DNA from: Acidimicrobiales bacterium
GTDB lineage: Bacteria > Actinomycetota > Acidimicrobiia > Acidimicrobiales > RAAP-2
Direction: 5' to 3'
Length of the DNA: 64,000 bases
Assembly (NCBI GenBank): GCA_036490155.1
Contig: DASXEK010000040.1
Span: 8,463-72,462, forward strand
Below, piece after piece: positions 18,263 to 28,407 of this stretch. Each line of letters starts with the position of its first letter. Positions within the stretch are counted from its first letter, which is position 1. Under the pieces are notes generated by a model. It saw only the letters and a program-made list of their open reading frames with translations, ran no database searches and was not told the DNA's origin. Position numbers and translations under genes: made by a program.

Positions 18263-20011
18263 CTAGAACTGCGGCGCACCCAAGCCGGGCAGGATCAGCC
18301 GCGACCCGCTCGCCCCGCCCAGGGTCACGGTATTGAGGCCCGGGAGCGACGGCACCTGGTCGAGTGGCGTCCCCAGGATGTAGAGGCGCAGGCGGGAGCC
18401 GGCCGAGAACACATTGCCCATAGGCAGCAGTTCGACCTGGTAGGTGCGAGTCGTGCCCGGCGACGCGTTCGAGGTCGACGAATAGTCGTTACACGGATCC
18501 ACCACGTCGGCGTGGGTATCGCTGAGCGAGCACGACGGAAGGATGTTCGGGAAGGAAGTCCGCAGCGCGCCCGTCGCCACCGGGTAGGCGGTGCCGTCTG
18601 GCGCGACATCGGCGACGACGGCGTAGATGTCGGTCACAGGCTCGAGGGACGAGAGCTGCACATCGAGCGCACCCGGCCCGACCATGGTGAAGGGCTGGGT
18701 GAGCGGCGGGCTCGTGTAGGTGAGCGAGGTGAGGTTGCTGAGCGCCATGTCGTTGAGCTGGGGCAGCGCCTGGCCGATCTCATCGAGCTCGGAGTCGAGG
18801 AGTGCGGTGTTATGGAGATCCGTCTCGGTGACCTCGGAGGGGAGGAAGGGGTACAGCTGTTTGGTCGTGTTTGCCGGCTGCGTCGTCAGCGACCCGCTGT
18901 TGAGTGACGCCACCGACGAATTGTGTGCTCCTGACAGGTACAAGTCTGTCCACGCGGTGCCGGTCAGCGGCCACGCGGTGTCCGTGAGGTGCGTGACGTT
19001 GCCGGCCAGGAACTGCGCTCGGCTCCCGTTACTCAGGTACGCGCTGACGACGGGTTGGTTGTCCGCATTGAGGGGCTGGTTGAGGAGGTAGTGGTCGAAC
19101 CAGTTCTCGTATTGAGGAAATGGCCCGGGAAGGCCGGCGGGGAAACCGTCGTGCGCGCCGTAGACCAGAAGGTGGCTGCCGAACTGCTTCGTCGCGTTGA
19201 ACAAGGCGAACGGGCCGTCGGGCTCGACGTCGTAGAAGCTCGTGTCGGCCAGGACCGGGATCTGGTCGAGGTCGCCTTGGAACGTCCGCTGCTGCCAGAA
19301 GGCGTCCTCGGTCGAGTTGGTGAGCACGTCCGCGCCGCTGGAGAGGTAGCCCAGCACGGCGGCGGGAATGGTCGACGGCTCGTCCTCGAGGCGGGTCAGA
19401 CCGTTCTCCAGCGTGTCACTTCCGATCGAGGCCTCGACGAAGACGCCGGCGGCGATGTTCGGGATGCCCCCGATGTCCAAGAGGTCCCGGTAGAGGTCGG
19501 TCGATCCGGCCATCAGTGCCGCCGTCTTCACGCACGGCAGGGGCAGGTGCATGGCGTTGTAGACGACGATCGCGGACGCGGAGAAGCCGTACAGGCCGAT
19601 GCTGCCGTTGCTCCAGGGTTGGTCGCAGGCCCAGCCGAGGAATTGGGACAGGTCGGTCTGGTCCTGCGTCCCCCCCGCGTCGAGGCTGCCGCCACTGAGC
19701 CCGGTGCCCCGCCACTGCAGCTCGACGAGGTTGAATTGCGAGCCCGCCCACGACAGGGTGCTGGGCGCCGGGGCGTACGGACTGTCCTCGACGATGAGGG
19801 GTCGCGGGTCCAAGGACCCGTTGCCCGCCACCGACGCGTGCAGGACCGTCCCGTCCGACGAGGTGAAGCTCAGGCTCTGGATGACCAGGGCCGGCGCGGC
19901 ACTCGCCGCCGCCCCGCTCGAGGAACCTGCGACTGCCGGCAACCCCGTCGCCACGAGCGCGGCGAGCACGGCAAAGGTCGCGACGATCACCCTTCCCCGC
20001 GTCATCTTCAT
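18263..20011 (-). CDS. Secreted alpha/beta hydrolase, CocE/NonD (X-Pro dipeptidyl-peptidase S15) like
   Basis: Signal peptide MKMTRGRVIVATFAVLAALVATGLPAVA. The GLYGFSASAIV nucleophile elbow and protein size also fit. Confidence 0.6.
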   Translation of the reverse strand: MKMTRGRVIVATFAVLAALVATGLPAVAGSSSGAAASAAPALVIQSLSFTSSDGTVLHASVAGNGSLDPRPLIVEDSPYAPAPSTLSWAGSQFNLVELQWRGTGLSGGSLDAGGTQDQTDLSQFLGWACDQPWSNGSIGLYGFSASAIVVYNAMHLPLPCVKTAALMAGSTDLYRDLLDIGGIPNIAAGVFVEASIGSDTLENGLTRLEDEPSTIPAAVLGYLSSGADVLTNSTEDAFWQQRTFQGDLDQIPVLADTSFYDVEPDGPFALFNATKQFGSHLLVYGAHDGFPAGLPGPFPQYENWFDHYLLNQPLNADNQPVVSAYLSNGSRAQFLAGNVTHLTDTAWPLTGTAWTDLYLSGAHNSSVASLNSGSLTTQPANTTKQLYPFLPSEVTETDLHNTALLDSELDEIGQALPQLNDMALSNLTSLTYTSPPLTQPFTMVGPGALDVQLSSLEPVTDIYAVVADVAPDGTAYPVATGALRTSFPNILPSCSLSDTHADVVDPCNDYSSTSNASPGTTRTYQVELLPMGNVFSAGSRLRLYILGTPLDQVPSLPGLNTVTLGGASGSRLILPGLGAPQF

Positions 20012-20182
20012 CGCAGTCTCTCGAACACCGTCATGTGTAGGCCTCGCAATCCCGCCAGTTCGTCCATCCGTCCCTCCGCCACCATGGTCGTCACCAACGA
20101 CGACACGCCGCCCACAAGCAGTTGGGAGGTGACGCGTTGCTCGTCCTGACTTTCGAAGACGCCAGCTTGGCCCTCATGCCGG

Positions 20183-20204
20183 TAATAGACATTCTTGTCT
20201 ATTA
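20183..20204. promoter_or_regulatory. AT-rich perfect palindrome TAATAGACA-TTCT-TGTCTATTA
   Basis: Read directly from the sequence. It lies 22 nt downstream of the ABC permease stop and about 170 nt upstream of the hydrolase start. Confidence 0.35.
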
Positions 20205-20225
20205 ATCAATCCGCTGCCCGCAGCG

Positions 20226-21437
20226 TCACACGGTGCGCAGGGCCTCGGTCGGCGACAGGCGGGCTGCGCGCATCGACGGGTAGAGGCCGGCGATCGCGCC
20301 GATCGCCAAGGCGGCGAGGACGCCGCCGTAGAGGGCCACGACCGGAATCTGCACCGACCAGTGCTGGCTCACCGCGTAGATGGCCGTTGCCGCCCCGCCG
20401 ATGACGGTGCCGGCCACGCCGCCGAGGAGCGACAGCAAGAGCGCCTCGGCCAGGAACTGCTCGGCGACGTGCCGCCGGCTGGCGCCGAGCGCGCGACGGA
20501 GGCCGATCTCGGAACGGCGTTCGAGGACCGAGATGACCATGACGTTGGCGATGCCGACCCCACCCACGAGAAGGGCGACGGCGCCGAGACCGAGGAGCAG
20601 GCCGTTATAGGCCCCGGTCGCATCCACTTCGGCTTTCAAGATGTCCGCGGGCAGATTCCACGCCACAGTCGAGGGGTTCTGCGGATCCACCGTGGCCGAC
20701 AGCACGGAGGCGACCGCGGTGACCTCGTTGGGCACGGCACGCAAGAACAGCTCGCTGGGATGGCCGTCGAAGCCGAAATAGTGCTCGGCGATGGGGAACC
20801 CGATGAACGCCATGGAGTCCATCTGGGAGACCAGCTGCACGGGCTGCAAGATGCCGATCACGGTGAACCAGTGCCCACCGATCCACACCTGAGTCGGGTG
20901 GGCCAGGTTGTCGATGCCGAGCAAGCTGGCCGTCTCGGCGCCGAGCACGACCGCGGGGAAGTGGGCGGTCGCCGCGTTCAAGAAGATGCCGTGGGCCAGG
21001 GTCGCACCAAGAGTGCTGGGCAGCGCGGCGTCCGTCGCAGTCAGCGAAATGCCGTTGGTGTCGATGGTCGGGATAAACGAGCTGCGGTACACGTTCGTGT
21101 TCGAGATGGCGCCGATCTCGGTCACGTTGGTCACCGGCCCGATGCGCGCCACCATGGCCTCGGAGGTGGTGGGTAACTCGGTTTGCTGGCCGAAGGCGGT
21201 GTTGCTGGCCTGCACCGTCAGCAGGTTGCCGAGCTTTCCCAGCTCGCTCAGCAAACCCGACTTGGACGACTGGGAGATGCCGAGCACGCCGACGATGGCG
21301 GCGATGCCGATGCTGATCCCGAGGGCGGACAGCAACGCTCGCACCCGCCGGCTGCGCAGCCCGAGGCTCCCCACCCGGAGCAAGTCGCGGCGCGTGAGCC
21401 GGGAGCCGCCGGCGTCACGAACCGGTCGGCGTATCAC
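20226..21437 (-). CDS. ABC transporter permease, FtsX/MacB type
   Basis: MacB-like topology with a large extracytoplasmic domain and C-terminal FtsX TM bundle ([18 protein letters not shown]). Confidence 0.8.
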   Translation of the reverse strand: MIRRPVRDAGGSRLTRRDLLRVGSLGLRSRRVRALLSALGISIGIAAIVGVLGISQSSKSGLLSELGKLGNLLTVQASNTAFGQQTELPTTSEAMVARIGPVTNVTEIGAISNTNVYRSSFIPTIDTNGISLTATDAALPSTLGATLAHGIFLNAATAHFPAVVLGAETASLLGIDNLAHPTQVWIGGHWFTVIGILQPVQLVSQMDSMAFIGFPIAEHYFGFDGHPSELFLRAVPNEVTAVASVLSATVDPQNPSTVAWNLPADILKAEVDATGAYNGLLLGLGAVALLVGGVGIANVMVISVLERRSEIGLRRALGASRRHVAEQFLAEALLLSLLGGVAGTVIGGAATAIYAVSQHWSVQIPVVALYGGVLAALAIGAIAGLYPSMRAARLSPTEALRTV

Positions 21438-22143
21438 CGGTGATCCTCCCGTCCCGAATCTCGATGCGCCGCTCCATGGCGGCGGCCACCTCGAGGTCGT
21501 GCGTGATGACCAGGATCGTGGTGCCCTCCTGATGCAGTTCGCGGAGCAACTCCAAGATGGACGCGCCCGTCGCCGAGTCCAGGTTCCCGGTCGGCTCGTC
21601 AGCCATGACCAAGGCGGGCCGTCCTGCCAGCGCGCGGGCGATGGCGGTGCGCTGCTGCTCGCCGCCCGACAGCTGGTTCGGGCGATGCCCGAGACGATGA
21701 CCCAGCCCGACCCGCTCGAGGGCCGCCCGGGCCAGTTGGCGGCGCTCGGCGATCCGCCCTCCTCGGTACAGCAGGCCGTCGGCGACGTTATCGAGCACGC
21801 TGAGCCCGTCGAGAAGAAAGAACTGCTGGAACACGAAGCCGAGTCGGCGCGCCCGCAAGCCTGAGAGCTGGGCGTCGGACATGGACGAGGTGTCCTCTCC
21901 CGCGATGCGAACGACGCCGCGTGTCGGTCGTTCGAGGGTGCCCATCACATGGAGCAGCGTGCTCTTACCCGACCCAGACGGGCCGACGATGGCGACCAGC
22001 TCACCCTGGTCGATCCGGAGATCGACGCCGGCAAGCGCGACGACCGGCGGGTCGCCGGGATACTCCCTCGCCACGTCGATCAGTTCGAGGACCGGGGCCG
22101 GGGCGGCGGCCTTCCGGACCAACACCGGTGCGGTCACCGTCAC
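21415..22143 (-). CDS. ABC transporter ATP-binding protein (MacB/LolD type)
   Basis: [24 protein letters not shown] and [12 protein letters not shown] motifs. Confidence 0.9.
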   Translation of the reverse strand: MTVTAPVLVRKAAAPAPVLELIDVAREYPGDPPVVALAGVDLRIDQGELVAIVGPSGSGKSTLLHVMGTLERPTRGVVRIAGEDTSSMSDAQLSGLRARRLGFVFQQFFLLDGLSVLDNVADGLLYRGGRIAERRQLARAALERVGLGHRLGHRPNQLSGGEQQRTAIARALAGRPALVMADEPTGNLDSATGASILELLRELHQEGTTILVITHDLEVAAAMERRIEIRDGRITGDTPTGS

Positions 22144-23753
22144 GACGAGGGCACCTCGACCCGCGTCCCGACGCCGATGCCGGACCCGCTGACTTGGACC
22201 AGGTTGTTGGAGTACAGGCCGGTCGTCACCCCGACCAGACGGCTCGTGGTGCCCGTCATGACGTCGACGCCGTACCCGCCGCCTTGGAGCGCGAGTAGTG
22301 CGGTCACTGGCACGGCCAAGACGTTGGGCGCTCGTTGTGTGGTGATGTTGACGTTCACGGGGGCCTGGTCCAACGTGGCCAACGTCGGGGTGCTGTCCAA
22401 GGTGATGCTGATCGTCACCGTCGGGGCAGAGTTGCTGCCGCTTCCGCTCGAAGAGCAGGGCGACTGGTCGGCCGTGCTGCTGCCATTCATCGCGCCCGTA
22501 GCGGCGCCGATGCCGCCGCCGCTTGGACAGGTGGCCACGTTCCCGACCGTCGCAATGTGGCCGCCAACCGTCGCGGTGCCGTCGGGCAACACGATCGACA
22601 CCGCGTCGCCCGGCTTCACCAGGTACTCCTGACTCACGTCGAGGTCAACGGTGACGATGGGCGTGGTACTCGTGGCCGTCAGTACGGTGCCACCCCCTCC
22701 ACCGCCGCTGGCACTGCCGCCCCCGCCACCGCCGCCCACGGACGAACCGACCGAAGGCGTGACCGAAGTGACCCGGATGGGGCCGGGCTCGAAGACCACC
22801 TGCCCGAGCAGGATCTCGCCGGTTGCCGGAAGTCCGAGCGCGCTCTGCCAACGTTGCACCGCCGTGGCCGTGGTCGAGGAGTAGTGGTTGTCCTGGGTCA
22901 GGCCGGCGCCGTAGCCGAGGGAAATCAGGTCGGCGGTCAGCTCGCCCACATCCGCGCCGTCGGACATGCCGACATAGAGCGCGCGGTAGGCGGCGACGGA
23001 GCCATAGAGGAGCGGCACCGGCTCGTTGCTGACCGAGTAGACGGACTGGTCCTGGCGGATGACCTCGCCCACGTTCGGCAATGCAGTGAAGGTGGTGCCC
23101 GGATTCTGTGCGTCGGCTTGCTGCAGGGCCAGGGTGGCTTGATCGCCCGCCAGCTTCGTCTGGTCGGACGCCACCTTGGCCTGGTTCTGGTCGTGGTCGC
23201 GGGTAGCGGCCGACTGCGCGGCGGCCAACTGTTGGCCGGCCTGGGTCAACTGGGTCTGATCTTGGCTGACCTGCTGGGTGTCCTGGCTGCACGCGGGTGT
23301 GGACGCCCCCGACCCGTTGCAATCCTGGGCCTGCTGGTCCTGGACCGAGGTGAGGGCGGACTGGTCGGTGGTCACGTTGGCCTGATCGGCCGAGACCGTC
23401 TGGTTGTCGGTGCCCGCCGCGTCGGACTCGGACTGCTCGTCTGCGGAAAGGGCCTGCTGGTCCTGGGTCACGGCCAGCTGGTCCTGGTCGATCTCCTGGG
23501 CACTGGCGCCTGATGGCGCGGCGACGGTGTACGAGCCCACGAAGCCGATGGAGCCGCCCTCCTGCACCGAGTTGGTGAGAGTGGTCCGCACCACCGCAGT
23601 GGTGGTGACCGAGCTCTCGCCGCCCGACGGAGAGCCAGCGTTGTTGTTGCCGCTGGTCGACGCCATGGCCACGCCGGCGGCCACCGCCCCTCCGACGAGG
23701 GCGCCCGCCATGGCCGCGATGGCGACGACCCGTCGCGCTGAGAAGTCAGCCAT
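22140..23753 (-). CDS. Membrane-anchored HlyD-like adaptor with peptidoglycan-binding domain
   Basis: TM anchor, then a long Q/D/A-rich coiled-coil-like region and a PG_binding_1-like segment ([10 protein letters not shown]...[20 protein letters not shown]). Beta-barrel-like tail. True start at MADFSARR. Confidence 0.6.
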   Translation of the reverse strand: MADFSARRVVAIAAMAGALVGGAVAAGVAMASTSGNNNAGSPSGGESSVTTTAVVRTTLTNSVQEGGSIGFVGSYTVAAPSGASAQEIDQDQLAVTQDQQALSADEQSESDAAGTDNQTVSADQANVTTDQSALTSVQDQQAQDCNGSGASTPACSQDTQQVSQDQTQLTQAGQQLAAAQSAATRDHDQNQAKVASDQTKLAGDQATLALQQADAQNPGTTFTALPNVGEVIRQDQSVYSVSNEPVPLLYGSVAAYRALYVGMSDGADVGELTADLISLGYGAGLTQDNHYSSTTATAVQRWQSALGLPATGEILLGQVVFEPGPIRVTSVTPSVGSSVGGGGGGGSASGGGGGGTVLTATSTTPIVTVDLDVSQEYLVKPGDAVSIVLPDGTATVGGHIATVGNVATCPSGGGIGAATGAMNGSSTADQSPCSSSGSGSNSAPTVTISITLDSTPTLATLDQAPVNVNITTQRAPNVLAVPVTALLALQGGGYGVDVMTGTTSRLVGVTTGLYSNNLVQVSGSGIGVGTRVEVPSS

Positions 23754-24444
23754 TGGCGTTCCCCGCTCCGGAGTTCGCGGCCGACCCGCCGTTACCGCCG
23801 GGCTTGCCTCCGAACCCGCCCGGGCCGGGATTGACGTTGATCGTCCCCGGCAACGGGGTGCTACTTCCGAATTTCTCGAAGCCGGTCTTGTTCGCGCACA
23901 GCGTCGATGCAGCCTGGAAGGTGGGATTGGCCGGGTCCAGGTCGCTGCCCGCAGTGGCGTGGACGGCCGACTGGCCGGAGGTTGGGTCTGCGTAGTCCGG
24001 GACCCCATTCGCCCGCATGCACTGGGCGAACTTTTCTGCCGTCGCCAGGCTCGGCGTCTGGGGCGGCTCGCCACCGCGCAGCGCGGTCTGGGCCGCGGTC
24101 ATGTAAGAGGCGCACGAGAGGCCGCCTCCCCCGTGCAGGAGCCCACCCACCCCGTCGGCGTATCCGGCGGGCAGCATGAGCTGGATCACCTTGTTGGCGT
24201 CGACGGTCGGGTCGACCTGGTCGGGATCGCCGTGTACGCGCATGCAGGCGGTCCACTCATCGAGCAGCTGCGTCGGGCTGCCGGACGTCCGGGTGGTCGT
24301 GGTGCTGCCGGCGGCGGCGCCGCTCTTCCCAAGGCTGGCGACGCGCGGCGCGCTGGACCCGCTGCATCCGGCCAGGAAGATCGCGGCGACTGCGCCGGCA
24401 ACGAGCGGGAGGGCGGCGACCCGTCGCACTGAGGCCTCAATCAT
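23746..24444 (-). CDS. Lipoprotein, unknown function (4 conserved Cys)
   Basis: Lipobox LAGC. Paralogue of the next gene. Confidence 0.6.
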   Translation of the reverse strand: MIEASVRRVAALPLVAGAVAAIFLAGCSGSSAPRVASLGKSGAAAGSTTTTRTSGSPTQLLDEWTACMRVHGDPDQVDPTVDANKVIQLMLPAGYADGVGGLLHGGGGLSCASYMTAAQTALRGGEPPQTPSLATAEKFAQCMRANGVPDYADPTSGQSAVHATAGSDLDPANPTFQAASTLCANKTGFEKFGSSTPLPGTINVNPGPGGFGGKPGGNGGSAANSGAGNANG

Positions 24445-25225
24445 CAGCACCCGATCCGCTGTTGGCGGGCTGCACCGTAATGGTCCCACCGCCCGACGGC
24501 GGACCGGTGGGCGGCTGGCAGTTGGGCGCTCCGCTGCAGCTCGTCACCACGACGTCACCCGGCGGACCGATACCCGCGATCCACCAAGCCGGCGCGTTGA
24601 TCTGCTTGCCGCAGATCTTGTTGGCGTTCTCGACGAACGGACTGTTCGGGTCCACGCCGGTCCCGTTGAAATCGGTCTTTCCGTTCGTTCCAGGGTCGGG
24701 GTAGTTCGGGACCCCGTTGGCCCGCATGCAGTTGGCGTACTGCACCTGCTGGGCCTGGTCGGGCGGCTGGAACTGCTGGCCGTCCCGCAACGCGGTCTCC
24801 GCCGCGAGCTCGTACCGGCTGCACGGACCGCTACCGCCGTGGGCCTCCGAGGCCACCGCCTCCGACACGTTTTGCATGGTGATGTGGATCACGCCGTCGG
24901 CGTCGATGGTCGGGTCGGTCTGGTTGGGGTCGCCGTTGTTGCGCATGCAGGCGGCCCACTCGTCCATCAGCTGGGTCGGGTTACCCGACTTCGGCGCGGT
25001 CGTCGTGCTCCTGCTGCTGCCGTTGTTGTTGCTGGCGCTCGTCCCCAAACTCGCGACGTGCGGAGGATTCGTTCCACTACCACCACCGCACGCGGCCAGC
25101 GCTACGGCGGCCGCCGTGACGAGGGCGAGGAGCAGGCCCCGTCGTCGGCAGGTCGCCGCGGTCCTCCCTCGCCTCCGCAGCGCTCCTCGAGCGGGGATCA
25201 TCGAGCGTTCCTCGTTGTCGTTCAT
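24437..25225 (-). CDS. Lipoprotein, unknown function, paralogue of 23746..24444
   Basis: Lipobox LAAC. Shared blocks PTQL(L/M)DEW(T/A)ACMR..GDP and CMRANGVP(D/N)Y(A/P)DP. Confidence 0.6.
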   Translation of the reverse strand: MNDNEERSMIPARGALRRRGRTAATCRRRGLLLALVTAAAVALAACGGGSGTNPPHVASLGTSASNNNGSSRSTTTAPKSGNPTQLMDEWAACMRNNGDPNQTDPTIDADGVIHITMQNVSEAVASEAHGGSGPCSRYELAAETALRDGQQFQPPDQAQQVQYANCMRANGVPNYPDPGTNGKTDFNGTGVDPNSPFVENANKICGKQINAPAWWIAGIGPPGDVVVTSCSGAPNCQPPTGPPSGGGTITVQPANSGSGADD

Positions 25226-25280
25226 CTGCTCTCTATCTCCATCGTCGAAACGGCGTTGCGAGCAGTTGTACGAAAGGGAG

Positions 25281-25318
25281 GGTCACAGCCCGGTCATGGT
25301 TGTGACCCGGCTGTGACC
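25281..25318. promoter_or_regulatory. GGTCACA / TGTGACC repeat cluster in a divergent promoter region
   Basis: GGTCACAGCCCGG (25281-25293) faces CCGGCTGTGACC (25307-25318). There is an extra TGTGACC at 25301-25307. Confidence 0.35.
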
Positions 25319-25412
25319 GACGACCTGGCATGTTGAGGAGCGACAGGACCCCCCAATTGAGATGCCGACCAACCGGCCGAAATGGCTGCCAGGCTTGTCT
25401 TCGGGAGCAACG

Positions 25413-26078
25413 ATGAGAGTGCTGGTAGCTGAAGACCATGAGCGATTGGCCACAGCGGTGGCGGCTGGACTCCGTCGCTACGGGATGATCGTCGACGTGG
25501 CATTGGACGGCGACGACGCGCTCACCCGCCTGGGCGCCAACCGCTACGACGTGGTGGTGCTGGACCGAGACCTCCCCGGCACCAACGGCGACACGATCTG
25601 CCAGACCCTCATTGCCGAACGAAGTGAGAGCCGGGTGCTGATGCTGACAGCGGCGAGCTCAGTTCGAGACCGGGTCGAGGGACTCGGCTTGGGCGCCGAC
25701 GACTACCTGCCGAAGCCCTTTGACTTCACCGAGATGGTCGCCCGGGTCCAAGCGTTGGGCCGCCGGCCCGGCGCCCCAACCCCGGAGCATCTGGGCTATG
25801 GCGACCTGACCTTGGAACCCGAACGACGTCTCGCAACCCGCGGCAGAAGACACCTGGCGCTCAGTCCGAAGGAGTTCGCCGTCTTGGAATGCCTGCTCGT
25901 CGCCGAAGGGAGGCCGGTGTCAGCCGAGGAACTACTCGAACGAGTTTGGGACGCCGCAACCGACCCATTCACCACGACGGTCAAAGCCACGGTCAACCGG
26001 CTGCGCTCGAAACTGGGCGATCCGCCGATGATCGAGACCATCCGTGAACGTGGCTATCGCATCGGAGGCCAGTCATGA
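25413..26078 (+). CDS. OmpR-family response regulator
   Basis: MRVLVAEDHERLA...VVVLDRDLPG receiver domain plus a winged-helix C-terminus (GYRIG). Confidence 0.9.
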   Translation: MRVLVAEDHERLATAVAAGLRRYGMIVDVALDGDDALTRLGANRYDVVVLDRDLPGTNGDTICQTLIAERSESRVLMLTAASSVRDRVEGLGLGADDYLPKPFDFTEMVARVQALGRRPGAPTPEHLGYGDLTLEPERRLATRGRRHLALSPKEFAVLECLLVAEGRPVSAEELLERVWDAATDPFTTTVKATVNRLRSKLGDPPMIETIRERGYRIGGQS

Positions 26079-27553
26079 GCGTTGTTCCCCATCGGCTCGC
26101 CAAGCCTTCCTGGCTGCGATTGCCTCGCCGCACCGCCCGGCTGCGGCTCACCGGTCTGTACAGCGTTCTCTTCCTCCTCTCAGGCGTCGCGTTAGTCGCG
26201 GTCACCTACGTCCTCTTTGAACGAGCGACTGAGTACAAGACTCCACCGTTGCCGAAGGTCCCTCATACTCCCTCGATCCAGGGTCTCCAGCTGTTACCTG
26301 ATTCGGCGGCAGGGAACGTCGTCCAGACTCTCCCGAAGCAGCAGCTGCTGTACCAGGCTCAGCAAGGGCTCTCGCAGGTGCAACATGAGCTCGCAACCGC
26401 GAAGCCCCCAGGGAATCTGATCCAGCCTCTCCCCTATGGGCTCGCACACGTCCAGAGCCAGCTGACGGCGGCTCAGAAGGAGCTGGCACAGGGCCAACGC
26501 CAACTGGCGAACGCGGTGCATCAGCTGCAACAGGTCGGTCCCGCCCAAGCCGCACAGCGCGCCGCCGACTCGCATCAGCTCCTCGTCAACTCGGGAATCG
26601 CTCTCGCCATCGTCGCGGTCCTCGCCCTCCTCGCTGGCTGGTTCATTGCCGGCAGGATGCTGCGACCCATCCGGACCATCACCCGCACGGCCCGAAGGAT
26701 CTCCTCGACCAACCTGCATGAGCGCCTGGCCCTCGGCGGCCCAGAGGACGAGCTCAAGGAACTCGGCGACACTCTCGATGACCTGTTTGGGCGGCTCGGC
26801 GCTGCGTTCGACGCGCAACGTCACTTCGTCGCCAACGCTTCCCATGAACTGCGTACCCCACTCACCGCCGAGCGCACCCTCTTACAAGTCGCGCTCGATG
26901 ACCCCGACACGACGGCGGCCGCGTGGCGGTCGACGGCCAAGGAGGTGCTCGCCTCGACCGACGAACAGGCCCACCTGATCGAAGCCCTCCTCACGCTCGC
27001 CAGTAGCGAGGGCGGGTTGGTGAGCTACGAACTAGTCGAACTCGACACCACTGTCACCCAGACCCTGGTCGACCTTCAACCTGAAATTGACCGACTGGGG
27101 ATCCACGTCGATGTGGTGACGTCACCCGCACCCCTCGAAGGGGATCCCCGGCTCGTCGAACGGCTCGTCGTGAACCTGCTCAGCAACGCGTTGCATCACA
27201 ATGTTGTCGGCGGCCGCGTCGAGGTCACGACTGGGATCACGGACGGGCAAGCGGTGCTGTCGGTAACCAACGGCGGACCACCCATCCAGGATGCTGAGAT
27301 CGACCGCCTCTTCCAGCCTTTCCAACGGCTCGAGACGCGCCGGGCGCACTACAAGGACGGGCACGGGCTCGGGCTCTCAATCGTCCGCGCCATCGCGACG
27401 GCACACGGCGCCACCATCACAGCGCGCCCGCTCCCAGATGGAGGTTTGTGGGTGAGCGTCCTCTTCGCGCAACCTGCGATCGCTGACGGACTCTCCGGAG
27501 AATCGCACGACGCCGACGGACGTCGCCTCAAGGTCGAGGTCGCGTCGCCGTGA
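26075..27553 (+). CDS. Sensor histidine kinase (HAMP-HisKA-HATPase_c)
   Basis: H-box FVANASHELRTPLT. N and G boxes NALHHN and GHGLGLSIV. ATGA overlap with the response regulator. Confidence 0.9.
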   Translation: MSVVPHRLAKPSWLRLPRRTARLRLTGLYSVLFLLSGVALVAVTYVLFERATEYKTPPLPKVPHTPSIQGLQLLPDSAAGNVVQTLPKQQLLYQAQQGLSQVQHELATAKPPGNLIQPLPYGLAHVQSQLTAAQKELAQGQRQLANAVHQLQQVGPAQAAQRAADSHQLLVNSGIALAIVAVLALLAGWFIAGRMLRPIRTITRTARRISSTNLHERLALGGPEDELKELGDTLDDLFGRLGAAFDAQRHFVANASHELRTPLTAERTLLQVALDDPDTTAAAWRSTAKEVLASTDEQAHLIEALLTLASSEGGLVSYELVELDTTVTQTLVDLQPEIDRLGIHVDVVTSPAPLEGDPRLVERLVVNLLSNALHHNVVGGRVEVTTGITDGQAVLSVTNGGPPIQDAEIDRLFQPFQRLETRRAHYKDGHGLGLSIVRAIATAHGATITARPLPDGGLWVSVLFAQPAIADGLSGESHDADGRRLKVEVASP

Positions 27554-27705
27554 CTGCCAAGCCGGCACTTGAATCGGAAGTGCCCGCGACAAGAGGTCAT
27601 CGGGACGATCCGGTCCGGGGGCCACGATCCCGGGTGGAACGTGACGAAACGCGCTCTCGCCACTTGCGACTCCTAGTGTAAGGACAGTCAAGGTTCTTCG
27701 ATCGA

Positions 27706-28407
27706 ATGGGTAGCAGACCCAGACGGCGGCGATACGTTGGGCACGTGTGTTTCTCCCCCGAAGGCGACCTCGTCGGGGGGCTGGTGGTCACCGCCATCGG
27801 TGTCGACGCGTACCGGCATCTCCACGGACGGAACAACCACCTCTTGTTCGCGACCGTGCCGCTCGTGCTCGGGATTCATCAACTCGATGAATCGGTCCTC
27901 TGGTGGAGCCTCGAGGGTCCCGTTCCGCACGCGCTGGGACAGGTCGCAATGTGGATCTACTTGCTGATTGCCATGGTGGTCGTCCCCATCCTCATCCCTC
28001 TCTCGATCTGGAAGCTGCAACCGACATCACGGCGACGATGGATCGTCGCCCCGTTTCTGGCCCTCGGCATCGGGGTCGCGATCGTCCTGCTGATCACGAT
28101 GCTGCACGGTCCGGTCACCGTCAGACTGGGCGCGTACCACCTCGCGTACAGCATCGGGCTTCGCAACGGGATCCTCGTTGTAGGTCTGTACGTGCTCGCC
28201 ACGTGTGGAGCGCTCCTTTGCTCGGGGTACCGCGACATCGTGATCTTCGGCGTGGCGAATGTGATCGCAGTCGTCATCTTGGCTCGACTCACCGCCGACG
28301 GATTTGCATCGCTCTGGTGCTTCTACGCGGCGATTGCCAGCGGTTTCATCTCGCTGCACATGCGCCTCGGCAAACCGCATCGAGCGCATCCCTACGCTCT
28401 GACCTGA
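27706..28407 (+). CDS. Hypothetical polytopic membrane protein
   Basis: About 6 hydrophobic segments; no motif recognised. Confidence 0.4.
   Translation: MGSRPRRRRYVGHVCFSPEGDLVGGLVVTAIGVDAYRHLHGRNNHLLFATVPLVLGIHQLDESVLWWSLEGPVPHALGQVAMWIYLLIAMVVVPILIPLSIWKLQPTSRRRWIVAPFLALGIGVAIVLLITMLHGPVTVRLGAYHLAYSIGLRNGILVVGLYVLATCGALLCSGYRDIVIFGVANVIAVVILARLTADGFASLWCFYAAIASGFISLHMRLGKPHRAHPYALT

Noticed and set aside
16808-18907. Very long track ORFs, such as the 699-aa ORF here. Others are 194..949, 459..1514, 9013..10125, 14782..16017, 54401..55564, 57173..58000 and 59235..60614.
   Set aside because: They are Arg/Pro/Gly/Ala-rich low-complexity translations. They lie antisense to, or frame-shifted over, genes with clear family motifs. 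These are the classic shadow ORFs of high-G+C DNA.
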